From the NCBI GenBank assembly GCA_965644295.1, contig CBFFRP010000257.1, positions 1-52,077 of the forward strand: a stretch of DNA of 52,077 nt, read 5' to 3'. Positions 1 to 13,053 of this stretch are shown one piece after another. Made by a program: the position numbers and the translations under genes. Source of the stretch: Paraphysomonas bandaiensis. Lineage: Eukaryota; Protista; Chrysophyceae. The notes below the pieces were generated by a model that was given only the letters and a program-made list of their open reading frames with translations, did no database searches and was not told where the DNA came from. Position 1 is the first letter of the stretch, and every line of letters starts with the position of its first letter.

Positions 1-16
1 TGTATACACATGTATC

Positions 17-2643
17 ATACATACATACATACATACATACATACATACATACATACATACATACATACATACATACATACATACATACATACATACATAC
101 ATACATACATACATACATACATACATACATACATACATACATACATACATACATACATACATACATACATACATACATACATACATACATACATACATAC
201 ATACATACATACATACATACATACATACATACATACATACATACATACATACATACATACATACATACATACATACATACATACATACATACATACATAC
301 ATACATACATACATACATACATACATACATACATACATACATACATACATACATACATACATACATACATACATACATACATACATACATACATACATAC
401 ATACATACATACATACATACATACATACATACATACATACATACATACATACATACATACATACATACATACATACATACATACATACATACATACATAC
501 ATACATACATACATACATACATACATACATACATACATACATACATACATACATACATACATACATACATACATACATACATACATACATACATACATAC
601 ATACATACATACATACATACATACATACATACATACATACATACATACATACATACATACATACATACATACATACATACATACATACATACATACATAC
701 ATACATACATACATACATACATACATACATACATACATACATACATACATACATACATACATACATACATACATACATACATACATACATACATACATAC
801 ATACATACATACATACATACATACATACATACATACATACATACATACATACATACATACATACATACATACATACATACATACATACATACATACATAC
901 ATACATACATACATACATACATACATACATACATACATACATACATACATACATACATACATACATACATACATACATACATACATACATACATACATAC
1001 ATACATACATACATACATACATACATACATACATACATACATACATACATACATACATACATACATACATACATACATACATACATACATACATACATAC
1101 ATACATACATACATACATACATACATACATACATACATACATACATACATACATACATACATACATACATACATACATACATACATACATACATACATAC
1201 ATACATACATACATACATACATACATACATACATACATACATACATACATACATACATACATACATACATACATACATACATACATACATACATACATAC
1301 ATACATACATACATACATACATACATACATACATACATACATACATACATACATACATACATACATACATACATACATACATACATACATACATACATAC
1401 ATACATACATACATACATACATACATACATACATACATACATACATACATACATACATACATACATACATACATACATACATACATACATACATACATAC
1501 ATACATACATACATACATACATACATACATACATACATACATACATACATACATACATACATACATACATACATACATACATACATACATACATACATAC
1601 ATACATACATACATACATACATACATACATACATACATACATACATACATACATACATACATACATACATACATACATACATACATACATACATACATAC
1701 ATACATACATACATACATACATACATACATACATACATACATACATACATACATACATACATACATACATACATACATACATACATACATACATACATAC
1801 ATACATACATACATACATACATACATACATACATACATACATACATACATACATACATACATACATACATACATACATACATACATACATACATACATAC
1901 ATACATACAAACATACATACGTATATACATACATACATACATACATACATACATACATACATACATACATACATACATACATACATACATACATACATAC
2001 ATACATACATACATACATACATACATACATACATACACATACATACATACATACATACATACATACATACATACATACATACTATACGTACGTACATACA
2101 TACATACATACATACATACATACATACATACATACATACATACATACATACATACATACATACATACATACATACATACATACATACATACATACATACA
2201 TACATACATACATACATACATACATACATACATACATACATACATACATACATACATACATACATACATACATACATACATACATACATACATACATACA
2301 TACATACATACATACATACATACATACATACATACATACATACATACATACATACATACATACATACATACATACATACATACATACATACATACATACA
2401 TACATACATACATACATACATACATACATACATACATACATACATACATACATACATACATACATACATACATACATACATACATACATACATACATACA
2501 TACATACATACATACATACATACATACATACATACATACATACATACATACATACATACATACATACATACATACATACATACATACATACATACATACA
2601 TACATACATACATACATACATACATACATACATACATACATAC
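17..2643. repeat. (ATAC)n tetranucleotide microsatellite, ~2.6 kb
   Basis: Near-perfect ATAC/TACA repeat with only a few interruptions around 1908-1925 and 2035-2095. The YIHT/MYVC ORFs are translations of this repeat. Confidence 0.99.
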
Positions 2644-2727
2644 AGGGAGGTGTGTGGTATGTGGTAGGTGGAACTTTGCATAGTTTTAGAACAGAGCGGG
2701 TGTCAGTCACTCTGGATTATTTGGAGA

Positions 2728-4154
2728 ATGGAAGAGAGTGTTGAGAGGAGCGGAGATGATGTCAATTTATGTTTCAGTTGTAAGGGTAATAAAGTTAAGA
2801 TCAAAAGAGAGAAATATGAGAAGAAGTGGAAGAAAGTGGAGCGGCCGTGTAGGACCTGTAGCGGCACTGGTGTCATTCATCGTAAGCTTACTAAGAAACG
2901 AAAGAAAGTCGTGAAGTCTTATCCCTCATTCGTTGCTCCTGGACCATATCCTGTGGGCGATGAGAGCTCTCCTCTCTATGCACTGAGAGAGGACGAAGAG
3001 CTCTCTTATCTAATCGGAAACTGGAAAATATTTCAGAAATTAGGACGACATCGATACAGCACCGACGATCTAGTAACGAGCTACTTTGCTATGCAAGAGG
3101 CCCGAGCTCTTGGTTACGAATCTCCTACTATGTTAGATATGGGATGTGGATTAGGCTCGGTGCTGCTTTGTAACGCATGGTTCTTCCCTGAATCACTGTG
3201 TGTGGGAATTGAAGCACAATATGACCGCTATGAACAAGCTAATAGATCGATTTCTTTCAATGTTGGGGAGTTTCCTGTTCATCAGACTCGTGTACGGGTA
3301 AGTGAGTCTTGCATTGCATCACTTGAATGTGTTTCGTATTGGTAGTTTGTGATATATGGTGTTGTGTTAATTGTCTATTTGTGAAGGTTCTACTAGGTGA
3401 CTTGCGTGTGAATGACCTCCTAGAACTCCAACCCACAGGATTTGATGTAGTCACTGGCACTCCCCCCTATTTCAACCCAAATCTTTTAGGACAACCAGGA
3501 TGTAAGGAAACGGCAGCATGTCTCTTTGAAGTACGGGGAGGAGTCGAGGAATATTGTGCGGCCGCGGCTAGGCATCTCCGACGTCCTCCCACTAGTTCGA
3601 ATGATATGAAAGTCTTGCCGGCAGCTAGCATTCCAGGTGAAGACACACCCCACGCAGGAAAATTCTTACCGAGCATGTTCTTCATGGTCAACACCGCACT
3701 TGCATCCAGTAGAGTGTATCAAGGGTGTGCTGCTGCGGAGCTGTCTGTAGTAAAGCGTCTGGATGTAATCCCCCGGGCAGGGAAGCCCCCCCTTTTCTGT
3801 GTGTTTGCGATAGTCTCTAACGATTGGTTGGAGTACTCCGCAGAGTGTTTCCCAGCGCTCTCACCGTATCGTCCGGAAGATTTGCCAAATTATGCTGCAG
3901 GAAAACCTCCTTCACGTGTGTCCGGCAGTTTTCGTGGAGAAGCCGTTGAAACTTTAGTTGTACGACAGGAAGATTCCAACCATACACAAGAATATATAGA
4001 GGTACTTCGTGCGTTGGGAAAACCCTCAACTGCGGATAGAGAAAAGTACGACGTGACAACTGTTGAGAATGCTTCCAGTATACAGCAGTCACGTCATAAT
4101 TTGGAACCAGATGATAGTAGCCATAAAATAGTCCAGTCATCTTCCACGTGCTAA
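2728..4154 (+). CDS. Class I SAM-dependent methyltransferase, TrmN6/YfiC-like N6-adenine MTase family, with N-terminal CxxCxG...CxxCxGxG zinc finger (~445 aa, 2 exons)
   Basis: Exons 2728-3297 and 3387-4154; GT..AG phase-0 intron 3298-3386 joins the two ORFs in frame. Motifs: HRYSTDD, MLDMGCGLG (motif I), GIEAQ, GDLR, FDVVTGTPPYF (motif IV). Confidence 0.8.
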
Positions 4155-5398
4155 GAATTGAAGGACGTTTGCATAGTGATGCCTTGTAGATAGTTCATTA
4201 ATGTACATACTTACATCATTACCTTGCTTCCATTAGGAATACGATGTTACAATGAATTTTTTCTCCACGTTAATATACATATGTAATGTATAGAAAAGAT
4301 TCATTACATCAGAATTAGTTGATTCGCGCTTAATGAGACAGTACTACCTTATCAAGTTCATTGCATACGCTGAGTTGAGATGTCTTATAGCTAATATCTG
4401 ATTGGTGATTGTAGTAGATTGTGATCATCGGTTGGCCTCAGGATAAGCACCTAACGTTGCGCTGTGTTGTCATTCTGAAACAGACTTTCACTGTCATCAT
4501 GTCACCATCTTCTTTACCCTCATTGAGCAAAAATATATGTATTTGATCCTTTTCCGTACGGGCATGTGAGATTGTTATTGCCTCAGCAGGTTATATTATG
4601 TTTAATACTATCAATTTTAGATTAACAGGTGATACATGGAGTTTAGAATATATCAGAATAATTCAGATATATTTAGTAATTCTTTTTTAGAAAATTTCTT
4701 CAATTCAAAATTACAACACGTAATAGTATATAATATACTATAATATATTTATTATATATATAATATTTCTTTAAACCACTTTATTTATTATTTTATGTAT
4801 TCTATATTTTTTTTAATTTATGTATTTTCTCAACGACTTCGAACTAACAAATCCAATACTGCGACAAAAATATTGCAATATCACTTTTCTTTAGTTATAT
4901 CTCGCATCTTGTATACTTCTAAATTTCTACTACTTTCAATATTGCTACTATTTTTTTTCTTCTTTCATAACCTAATAAGGAGTACACCAAATATATATAA
5001 AGCGAAAGCGAAATGCTAGATGAAAAGAAAGGAAATATAAAAGCAAAATGCTTTCGTCGTCGTTGTGTGTGTGTCTTCGTCGCCTCCTAGAAAGCAGCGT
5101 TATGAATAATTGCAGAATTGTCGGATATTTTTTGATCAATTAATTACAGTTAGCTGGAGTCAATTATTCTTATTATTATGATTTGCTGACCCAAATTCTA
5201 TTTTTTCTATTTCAGTCATTGACGATTAATTGATACTCATCCTAGTATGGCCCATCGATGATATCCGTGAACTCAACTCTAGCATACTACATTTGGGACC
5301 ATCATTACTTCTTGTCTCGTACTACTTACACTTATGTACCGCCGTCTTTTCAAACAATACATATTTTTGTTATAGTTGGACGTTAGCAAACCACAGTA

Positions 5399-6464
5399 GT
5401 TAATGTCTGATTATTTGCAATAGGCGTGTAAGAGTCAGAACCAATGTACCAAAACAATTTAACTCACTAGTGCTTAACTTTGATATATATCCTACTATTT
5501 GGCGCTACGAAAGCTGCTTGTGCGTCACCGCAAGTACCAAGGCGCAACCACTTTCGCTCTCTGTCCTTAAGGTGAACTAGCCCGGATACTTGACTTCAGC
5601 AGCAGATAGCCCGATACCCCGGATGCCCTTGAGGTGGGCCTATTCCCGGATGTCTATGCCCCATTCCGAGGGCGTGGCCATAGTGTAGGCTGGCTGGTGC
5701 ACCACCTCTAACACCGAGATATAGCACTGATTCTACTACCCACCCACCCGTGTACCAACGTAGCTGACCACATATATGAATGTCTGATTATTACATGAGA
5801 ACGGTTGTGTACAGAAACTAGTTTTACATCTTAGCTGACCACATAGATCACGCGCAGATTCTGTTGCCCCACCCACCTGTGTTAACCTTTGCTGAGATTA
5901 CGCGGGATTTCTCATAACTATGCATGACTTATATATATATGTAATTCGCGCAGTTTCCAGTAGGATCATGTGTACCTTCCCATTATTATCTAACAAAGAT
6001 TACGCGGGACTTCTCGTGACTATGCATGACTCATATAGGTCTAGTGTGACATTGGCCACCCCCCCTCCCTCCCCTAGAATGCGTGGGGTTTCTCGTAATC
6101 TCATATAGGCTATGCAAGTATAGTGTAGATCTAGCTAGAGTTTTCTTGGTGCCGACACACGAAGAATACGCTGAAATTTTTATTTACAATTTATACTTAC
6201 TTAGCTTATAGTCAACAATAGCACTTCACTAGGGTACGCTCTCGGAATGGGGCAGTCTGTTTATTCGTCAAGGCCCAAAGACGTCTACACAAGTGACACT
6301 TATTATTAGTGTCCCTTGTACCACGCAAGCATTCGGCTATGAGTGGGCAGAACAATACCTGCTGACTATACAATATGCGGCTAACGTAAGTTTCCGGGAG
6401 AAATATCCGCGGTATTTATCCCCAGAACAACACCACGAAAAGGTGCTAGTCCGACTTTGTTGAG
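5399..6464 (-). mobile_element. Structured SINE-like retroposon, copy A (interrupted by a TIR element at 5657-6254)
   Basis: Matches the dispersed family end to end: 5' end CTCAACAAAGTCGGAC at 6464, 3' end ..GCCTATTGC..AGACATT at ~5400. Confidence 0.85.
5657..6254. mobile_element. MITE / non-autonomous TIR element (~598 bp) nested in SINE-like copy A
   Basis: 19-bp TIRs TGCCCCATTCCGAGGGCGT (5657-5675) and ACGCTCTCGGAATGGGGCA (6236-6254), 1 mismatch. Flanks GTCTA/GTCTG suggest a 4-5 bp TSD. Removing it restores the host repeat. Internal short direct repeats are present. Confidence 0.85.
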
Positions 6465-6477
6465 GAGCTTTAGTAAC

Positions 6478-6570
6478 ATTAAGTAGTAGGATATCAGAGT
6501 GAAGCACTAGTTAGTTATATTATTTGTTACATTCGTTCTGGTTCTTACTTTTACACGCCTATTAAGCAAT
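6478..6570 (+). mobile_element. 3' fragment of the SINE-like family (copy B)
   Basis: AGTAGGATATCAGAGTGAAGCACTAGTTAGTTA...CACGCCTATT matches the 3' part of the other copies. Confidence 0.7.
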
Positions 6571-7189
6571 TTGCTACTTATAAAAGTAGCATAGGTTGTA
6601 CCTTACAAAGGTAATCAACGATGAAATGAAATCATAAAAGATAACATTTCTTGTGGTGTTTTTTCATCTAGGACCAAGCTAGTGTGATAGAAAATAACAT
6701 AAACTGAACAATAATTTCACTCTATGCTGATTAGATCACAAAAAGTTAGAAACATAATATAGTAACATACAAAAGCTTATAATCAAAATCACTTGTCATT
6801 CACTGTCAATCGCCAAGTTCATGTTGTCTCAACTACCAACCATTTCCATGCAACCTTATACGGTTAATCTATTTCAGTTTCACTATCATGACATTAGTTC
6901 TCATAATATAGTTCTGTACAAGACATATTAATATATATCGCATATAAAATTTTTATACATGGTAATGTAAAACAAATATATTTTTCCAACAAAGGTATTA
7001 TATACCAAATGGAGATATATCCCATTTGGTAAGAGAATATGCATTCATGTGGTGGCACCTAACACCTAACTGGTAAAAACAGCGGTGTACTTGACTCTCG
7101 TCAGAGAAATCTACCTAATAAACTGGTTCCCTCTACATGAATAAAATATACTTAATGCAATCTACAATGCAATGGCAGACAAAATAGTT

Positions 7190-9680
7190 TCAGACTGTGA
7201 TAGACACAGGTATCCAATATGCACATTTTTTACGTTCATGAGGAAAAGTGATACTAATATCTTCCGCTTTGGTATTAATGAATCGTTTTCTCAATTTCTC
7301 AGTCAGCCATTTCTCTGCCGACAAGGACAGGAACACCAAAGGACTCAAGTGTTTAGCAATCACCACCTTTTCGTTAATACCTTTTAGTTTTTTTAGTCCT
7401 CCGATGCAAATATAGTCCAGTACCTCTTTTTGTTTTCGCATCAAGCCTTTGCAAGATTTGTTCTCCGGAAACGAAGAGATGAATCTCTGGAGGTATCCTA
7501 CGGGACACCAACGACACTCGAATCCACTTATTTCCTACTGATGAATCATATGTGGAACAAAACTGCTTCCACTCATCCCACTGGCGGAAGCCTGGTCCAC
7601 ATGTTCTTCGAACAGGGGTTTTCTTTTTCGGAAACTTGGCAGTGATGATGCCAGGACTCAAACTCATCAACACCTCCTTGACAGTAATGCCTTTGTCATT
7701 TTTTGACTGTATGGCAACAGGTTTGTGATGGTTGTCGTGTTGATTCTTCACAACAAATACGATATCCACACCACTAAACTGATCGATTCCGAAAAATACA
7801 GTCTCAGTATTCATACTCTCGATGGAAGATCATCCTTATTAATAAACGCCAGGGAAGGAATAAATTTTCCATTTTCAAGATTTACTACTTTGGTTGCATC
7901 GCATATATACTCGTTGAGAAGAGTGTATGGGAATTGTGTCTGGTCCATACCGTCATAGAGCGGACGTAAAAAATCCCCCAACAGAACACCTTCCATTGTA
8001 CCTATGCCCTTCCTGATATGGAAAAAAGTTGTCAATGCAACCCAATAGGAAAACATTTCTTCAGCAATCGCACCGCTCTCATTACTAGTCTGATAGAGGA
8101 CGATGTTAATTATTTGGTCAATAGGTCTACTAGAAATATAGCTTAACAAGCCGTCGTAAACTAAGGGCTCAGTGCCTTTTATGTTTTTAACCGTGCCCGC
8201 GCACTCATCCGCTGATGCCACAATAACGCCATCCACAATAGCCTGTGATAAGTCCGTGTCACCTCGAAGCAAGAGTGTCCCATTACCACAAATCGTAGTT
8301 TTGATTAGTGATGGTATGAGCAAAGTGACTGCTTGGTCCCCGGCATCTGGAATGGCTTTGTTCTTTGAGAACATCTCATCAATTCGACGCTGAATATTAT
8401 TTCTGACCAAGCTCAAACACCGATCACATAATTCGATCAGTCTATCTGGTGTCGTGAACGCATTGCTACATGTTTCTACAACGACACTTCGGAACACAAA
8501 CTCGACGAAGAAGTAAGGGCGACCACGGAACTTGTCAAGTGCCTTCATCACTGGCTGGGCGAAAATCTTTTCTGACATATCCCAATAGTACTGCAACAAC
8601 TCTTTCATTCAACCACAGGTCGTTAAAGAAGATTTTATTGGAACCTCTTTGATTCTATGTCTTAGTAGAGATGACAACACCCCGTTCTCCGATTTCACTT
8701 TCGAGATGGATAGATGCGTTCCGGTCATCAACATGGACCACTTGCTACAATGGCGAGTGAAGCTTCCCATTGCACAAGTGACCCCATAAAATAAATCCCG
8801 TAACATAATGTTGTCAACAGCCTCCGCACTGCCAAACTTACTATTTCGAATGAACAATCCAGGGCATCGGTCCAGCAATTCTTTAATTTCATCAAAGCAA
8901 AGCAATAGCCCCTCATCATTAGTTCTGTGCAACACTTCCGTGCTAGTTGTTTCTTGAGAGTTGTTGAAAACTACCTCATATCTCCGATATACATCTTCGC
9001 GATACTAACGAAGTTTTATTTTTGTTTCATCCAAATCTGTTCTGTTCTTTTAAATATATCTTTACATTTCGAGCAAAAAAATGACTTGAGATGTTCACAG
9101 GTGCCGTTCCGATTAAATCTCAATGCCAATTCTCTGAGCCGAGGTGTGTCCAGATCGTACCTTTTCTTGCCGATTTCAAGAGCGGAAACGGTCGCATCCG
9201 TGTAACAACATATCAAGAGCTTTATATATAGAAGGGCCTCAGCTGAAATATCTTCGTCACCACTGCCCTTATCTTGACTTCTTTTCAACGGAATTAGTTG
9301 GAGAGCAAATCAGACCAAGGGGCTGTCAAAGGACTTACCCCATCTGGCTTATTAGCCACCCTTATTAATACAACGGTCATAAATTATCCAGTTGCATACG
9401 CCAAACGAGTTTTACCAATACCAGAAGTAGCGGCACAACAAAATATGGACCTGTCCTGTTCCACAGCACTTCGTGACTGCCTGATATCATGAAAAAACGA
9501 TTCGACATCAGTTCCAGCAAGGTACAACTCTTGTGTGATTAATTTAATATCATCAGTGGAATCTAACGGCAGAGGCTGGATGGTTAAGATAACTGAAATC
9601 ACACATTTTTCTGTGATTGGCAAGACGATCTTCAAGTGGCGCAAGGTCACGAACTATTCTCTCAACAAAACTTTCAATGC
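7190..9680 (-). pseudogene. Decayed Crinkler(CR)-type P-loop NTPase + PD-(D/E)xK restriction-endonuclease-fold gene
   Basis: Collinear minus-strand ORF fragments carry Walker A (CAATSGIGKTRLAY), Walker B (LLLCFDEI), a sensor-like strand (MLMTGT) and a C-terminal REase signature (GVDIVFVV...VAIQSK). The frame is broken by in-frame stops (e.g. TGA at 8609-8611) and frameshifts. Confidence 0.7.
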
Positions 9681-9868
9681 TGTTCATTGTTTATGTAAAG
9701 GCAGTTATTTAATGGCCCCGTAAACATGACCCTTGCGTCTGGGTACGCAGCGTGTGACTATCATTGTAACTATAACTCCTTCTTCAAATAATATTTACAG
9801 GATCGCTTTTAGTGGTGGAAGATCAAGAAGCTATTCTCGCAGCTTAATAAATGAGAGCTGCATTATTA

Positions 9869-10433
9869 CGCTGCTCTCATTGCGCTGCTCTCATTGCGCT
9901 GCTCTCATTGCACTGCTCTCATTACGCTGCTCTCATTACGCTGCTCTCATTGCACTGCTCTCATTGCGCTGCTCTCATTACGCTGCTCTCATTACGCTGC
10001 TCTCATTGCGCTGCTCTCATTACGCTGCTCTCATTACGCTGCTCTCATTACGCTGCTCTCATTGCACTGCTCTCATTGCACTGCTCTCATTACGCTGCTC
10101 TCATTACGCTGCTCTCATTGCGCTGCTCTCATTACGCTGCTCTCATTACGCTGCTCTCATTGCACTGCTCTCATTGCACTGCTCTCATTACGCTGCTCTC
10201 ATTACGCTGCTCTCATTGCACTGCTCTCATTGCACTGCTCTCATTGCGCTGCTCTCATTACGCTGCTCTCATTGAGCTGCTCTCATTGCGCTGCTCTCAT
10301 TACGCTGCTCTCATTGCACTGCTCTCATTACGCTGCTCTCATTACGCTGCTCTCATTGCGCTGCTCTCATTGCACTGCTCTCATTGCGCTGCTCTCATTA
10401 CGCTGCTCTCATTGAGCTGCTCTCATTGCGCTG
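9869..10433. repeat. 13-bp minisatellite (CTGCTCTCATTRCR), ~43 units
   Basis: Tandem 13-mers with variant endings ACG/GCG/GCA/GAG. They generate the spurious 'RCSHYAALITLLSL' ORFs. Confidence 0.97.
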
Positions 10434-10803
10434 GGTCTAACGAGGTAGTCTGTCGACTCTTTCTCTGTGAGGGGTCTGTAGGTCAGTCAACTGTGACAAT
10501 AATTTTGAAAAAAAAATAAGAAAAAGCCGCCAAATATGCTCAAAGCAAATGTTGCTTCTGCTTTCGTAAGCACTTCGGCTTTCGAAAGCCAAAGGGCTCT
10601 GGCTTTCAACTACAAGATTTCAGTAGTTTTACGGAATGAAAGCAAAAAATGTAACAAAAACGTGGTTTTGGTTGTATCGCAAACACTCTAATATCCTGGA
10701 TATCGAATCCAAAACCGCACAGGATGGAATGAATAGAAATACTCTTCAGCTATGCCATATACGTACAGAGTACATAGTGGCAGTTGAAAAAAAAACTTCG
10801 AAA

Positions 10804-10897
10804 TTCCTTGTCGGGGAATCGAACCCCGGTCTCCCGCGATCTGAGAGATCACAGGACGCTTGACAGGCGGGTATACTGACCACTATACTAACAAGGA
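10804..10897 (-). tRNA. tRNA-Asp(GUC) with 22-nt intron at the canonical 37/38 site (intron 10839-10860)
   Basis: Reverse complement TCCTTGTTAGTATAGTGGTCAGTATACCCGCCTGTCA[AGCGTCCTGTGATCTCTCAGAT]CGCGGGAGACCGGGGTTCGATTCCCCGACAAGGAA folds as a full cloverleaf. A/B boxes are present and an oligo-T terminator follows. Confidence 0.95.
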
Positions 10898-12807
10898 TTT
10901 GCTGATGTCACACCTACTTTTTACAAAATATAAAATATTCATTTTAGTTTTTCAACTCAACAAAAAAGAATGCGAAGGATTTACAAAGTGACACAATATC
11001 ATAGAGAGGACATGATAGGAAGGGAAGCACTTACTCCCAAGCCTAACATCACAGCGTTAATTTGTCTTAGAAGTAGAAGGTAGGGGATACTGCATGCTGA
11101 TATTCAGACCTCATAGAGAGCAGTGACGCAGTGCGAGTGGGCATGAAAACAACTAAGAACCAAGTTGCAAGCACTTTATACGAATGAATATGCAGCTTAA
11201 CTGAAGCTCAACCTGAGATATGTTTTAGTTTTTCCCGCTGTGTTTGTTACATTACACTATTACAGGTACATCTAATGGTGATACATCTTTAAGGAAGTGC
11301 TTCACGAATTTTAACTCTACAATTGTGTGGATTAAATGCGACAGTAGAAACTTGGGCTATGCTGAAGCGCATGTGCCTCTAGTATGATATACTCACTCTA
11401 TGTCGTATGAGGACTACTTTGCTATTTTGATGGTCAATGTGCTGAACCCTGAATATAAAAGTATCTAGTTGAAGCTAGTAATATAATCAAAATTTGTGAC
11501 ACAATCAAACGGTTTCTCAATATCTGCTTCATGCAGTTGTCTAGACTGTATCTCCTAGAATACAGTAAAGTTTATGATTATAACTTGCATACAGAGAATA
11601 ACCCAGTTGCCATGCAGTACTCCTAATATTCAAAAAGGAGAATATTTGCTTCACTAAGCCACATGAATATCCAAATATATCATTATTATCAACGTCAATT
11701 AAGTTAGTACTTTATAAGTCAAATATTGTTACGGTAGTAGGCTGCTGGAAGTAAATACATTTCTCAACTTTCGTTTATATGGGGGTTATGTACTCAGATC
11801 GGGTCAGGATTAATAGCTCTAGTACTTACTATGGTACTTAAATGCAGGCTGCGCAGTCCCAGTTAATTTAATCCATTCAACTGTTGATCTCACATAATCT
11901 AATGTTTCGTTTTAATATCCATTCAGTGGTTACACTTGCCCCAATACCTATGCTCCAACAACCACTCTTCACTTTAAAATTATAGGGTCAGCGGTGGAAT
12001 GAAAAAGCAGGTTAGCTCTCCTTATAAATGAAATGTATAAATGAAATGTATACGTAAGGAAATAGGCATATTGCATGAGTGTGATATCTAGGCTCGCGTA
12101 ACAATTTATTGGTTAACCCATATCTACCGATCCACATCAACGAAAAATAACATAGAATCGGTTACTAACCTTAAGTTCCTCACTAACTACAATGTTAATA
12201 CAGATTTTGAAAAGGAGTTTTAGATATTTGTCTCGACTGGACGGAAGAAAGCACAGAACTCTCAAAGTATATGACGGGATCCTTAATGTCATCTATGCAA
12301 TTTGCATGAGTCATCACCTTCTAATCCTCAAACTCTTTAAAGTTTGCTATACCTGCAAAGATTCTGGAAGAAATAACCGTAAAATGATAAGATGAGATGG
12401 AGTTCTTCTTGATATGTCAAATGATAACAAGATACTCCGAATCTCTGTTGGGACATTAGTCAAAGGAAGGCCCCAGCAACTAGTAGCGGCTCCTCTTTAC
12501 CCTAGTGCTGACTGATTCTACGTATCTCCAAGTGGAATTCAATCACAGGTATAGTGGTTTCTGTGAAGCTGATGCTAGCCATTGGGATAAGATTCAACCC
12601 CAACAAAATATATGATTTCTAGATTTATGTCTGTATGAGTTCCACATCCACAGCTGTGGACAGAGTAGGGGTTTTAATAGAAAGTCGCTATAGATACGAA
12701 GCAGTATGTAGTATGTATGACTTTGAGTAGTCGGTTTTTAGGAATGCCAGCTTGGAAACCCCGAGTTTTCTATATACTGCAAGAGCATAATAAAAAAATG
12801 TTTGAAA

Positions 12808-12901
12808 TTCCTTGTCGGGGAATCGAACCCCGGTCTCCCGCGATCTGAGAGATCACAGGACGCTTGACAGGCGGGTATACTGACCACTATACTAACAAGG
12901 A
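12808..12901 (-). tRNA. tRNA-Asp(GUC), second identical copy (intron 12843-12864)
   Basis: Identical to 10804-10897 including the intron; has its own T-run terminator. Confidence 0.95.
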
Positions 12902-13053
12902 TTTACTGATGATGTGATGATGGAATTTTGTAAATATAAACTTCATTTGTTTTTTGGCTTGTAGTTATATTGTGTATGTCATCATGTCATAGTCTAGAAG
13001 CATACACTATGCATTCCATGCTTTTGGGTGCACTGCAGTGTGAAGCGGCGAAC

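Noticed and set aside
10-2681. Long ORFs (YIHT)n and (MYVC)n
   Set aside because: Translations of a stop-free tetranucleotide repeat.
7190-9860. Alternative genetic code (TAA/TAG read as Gln) explaining the interrupted ORFs
   Set aside because: Intact genes in the window end normally at TAA, TAG and TGA, and the relic also has frameshifts.
9733-10519. Three overlapping Cys/His/Leu-rich ORFs
   Set aside because: Products of the 13-bp minisatellite.
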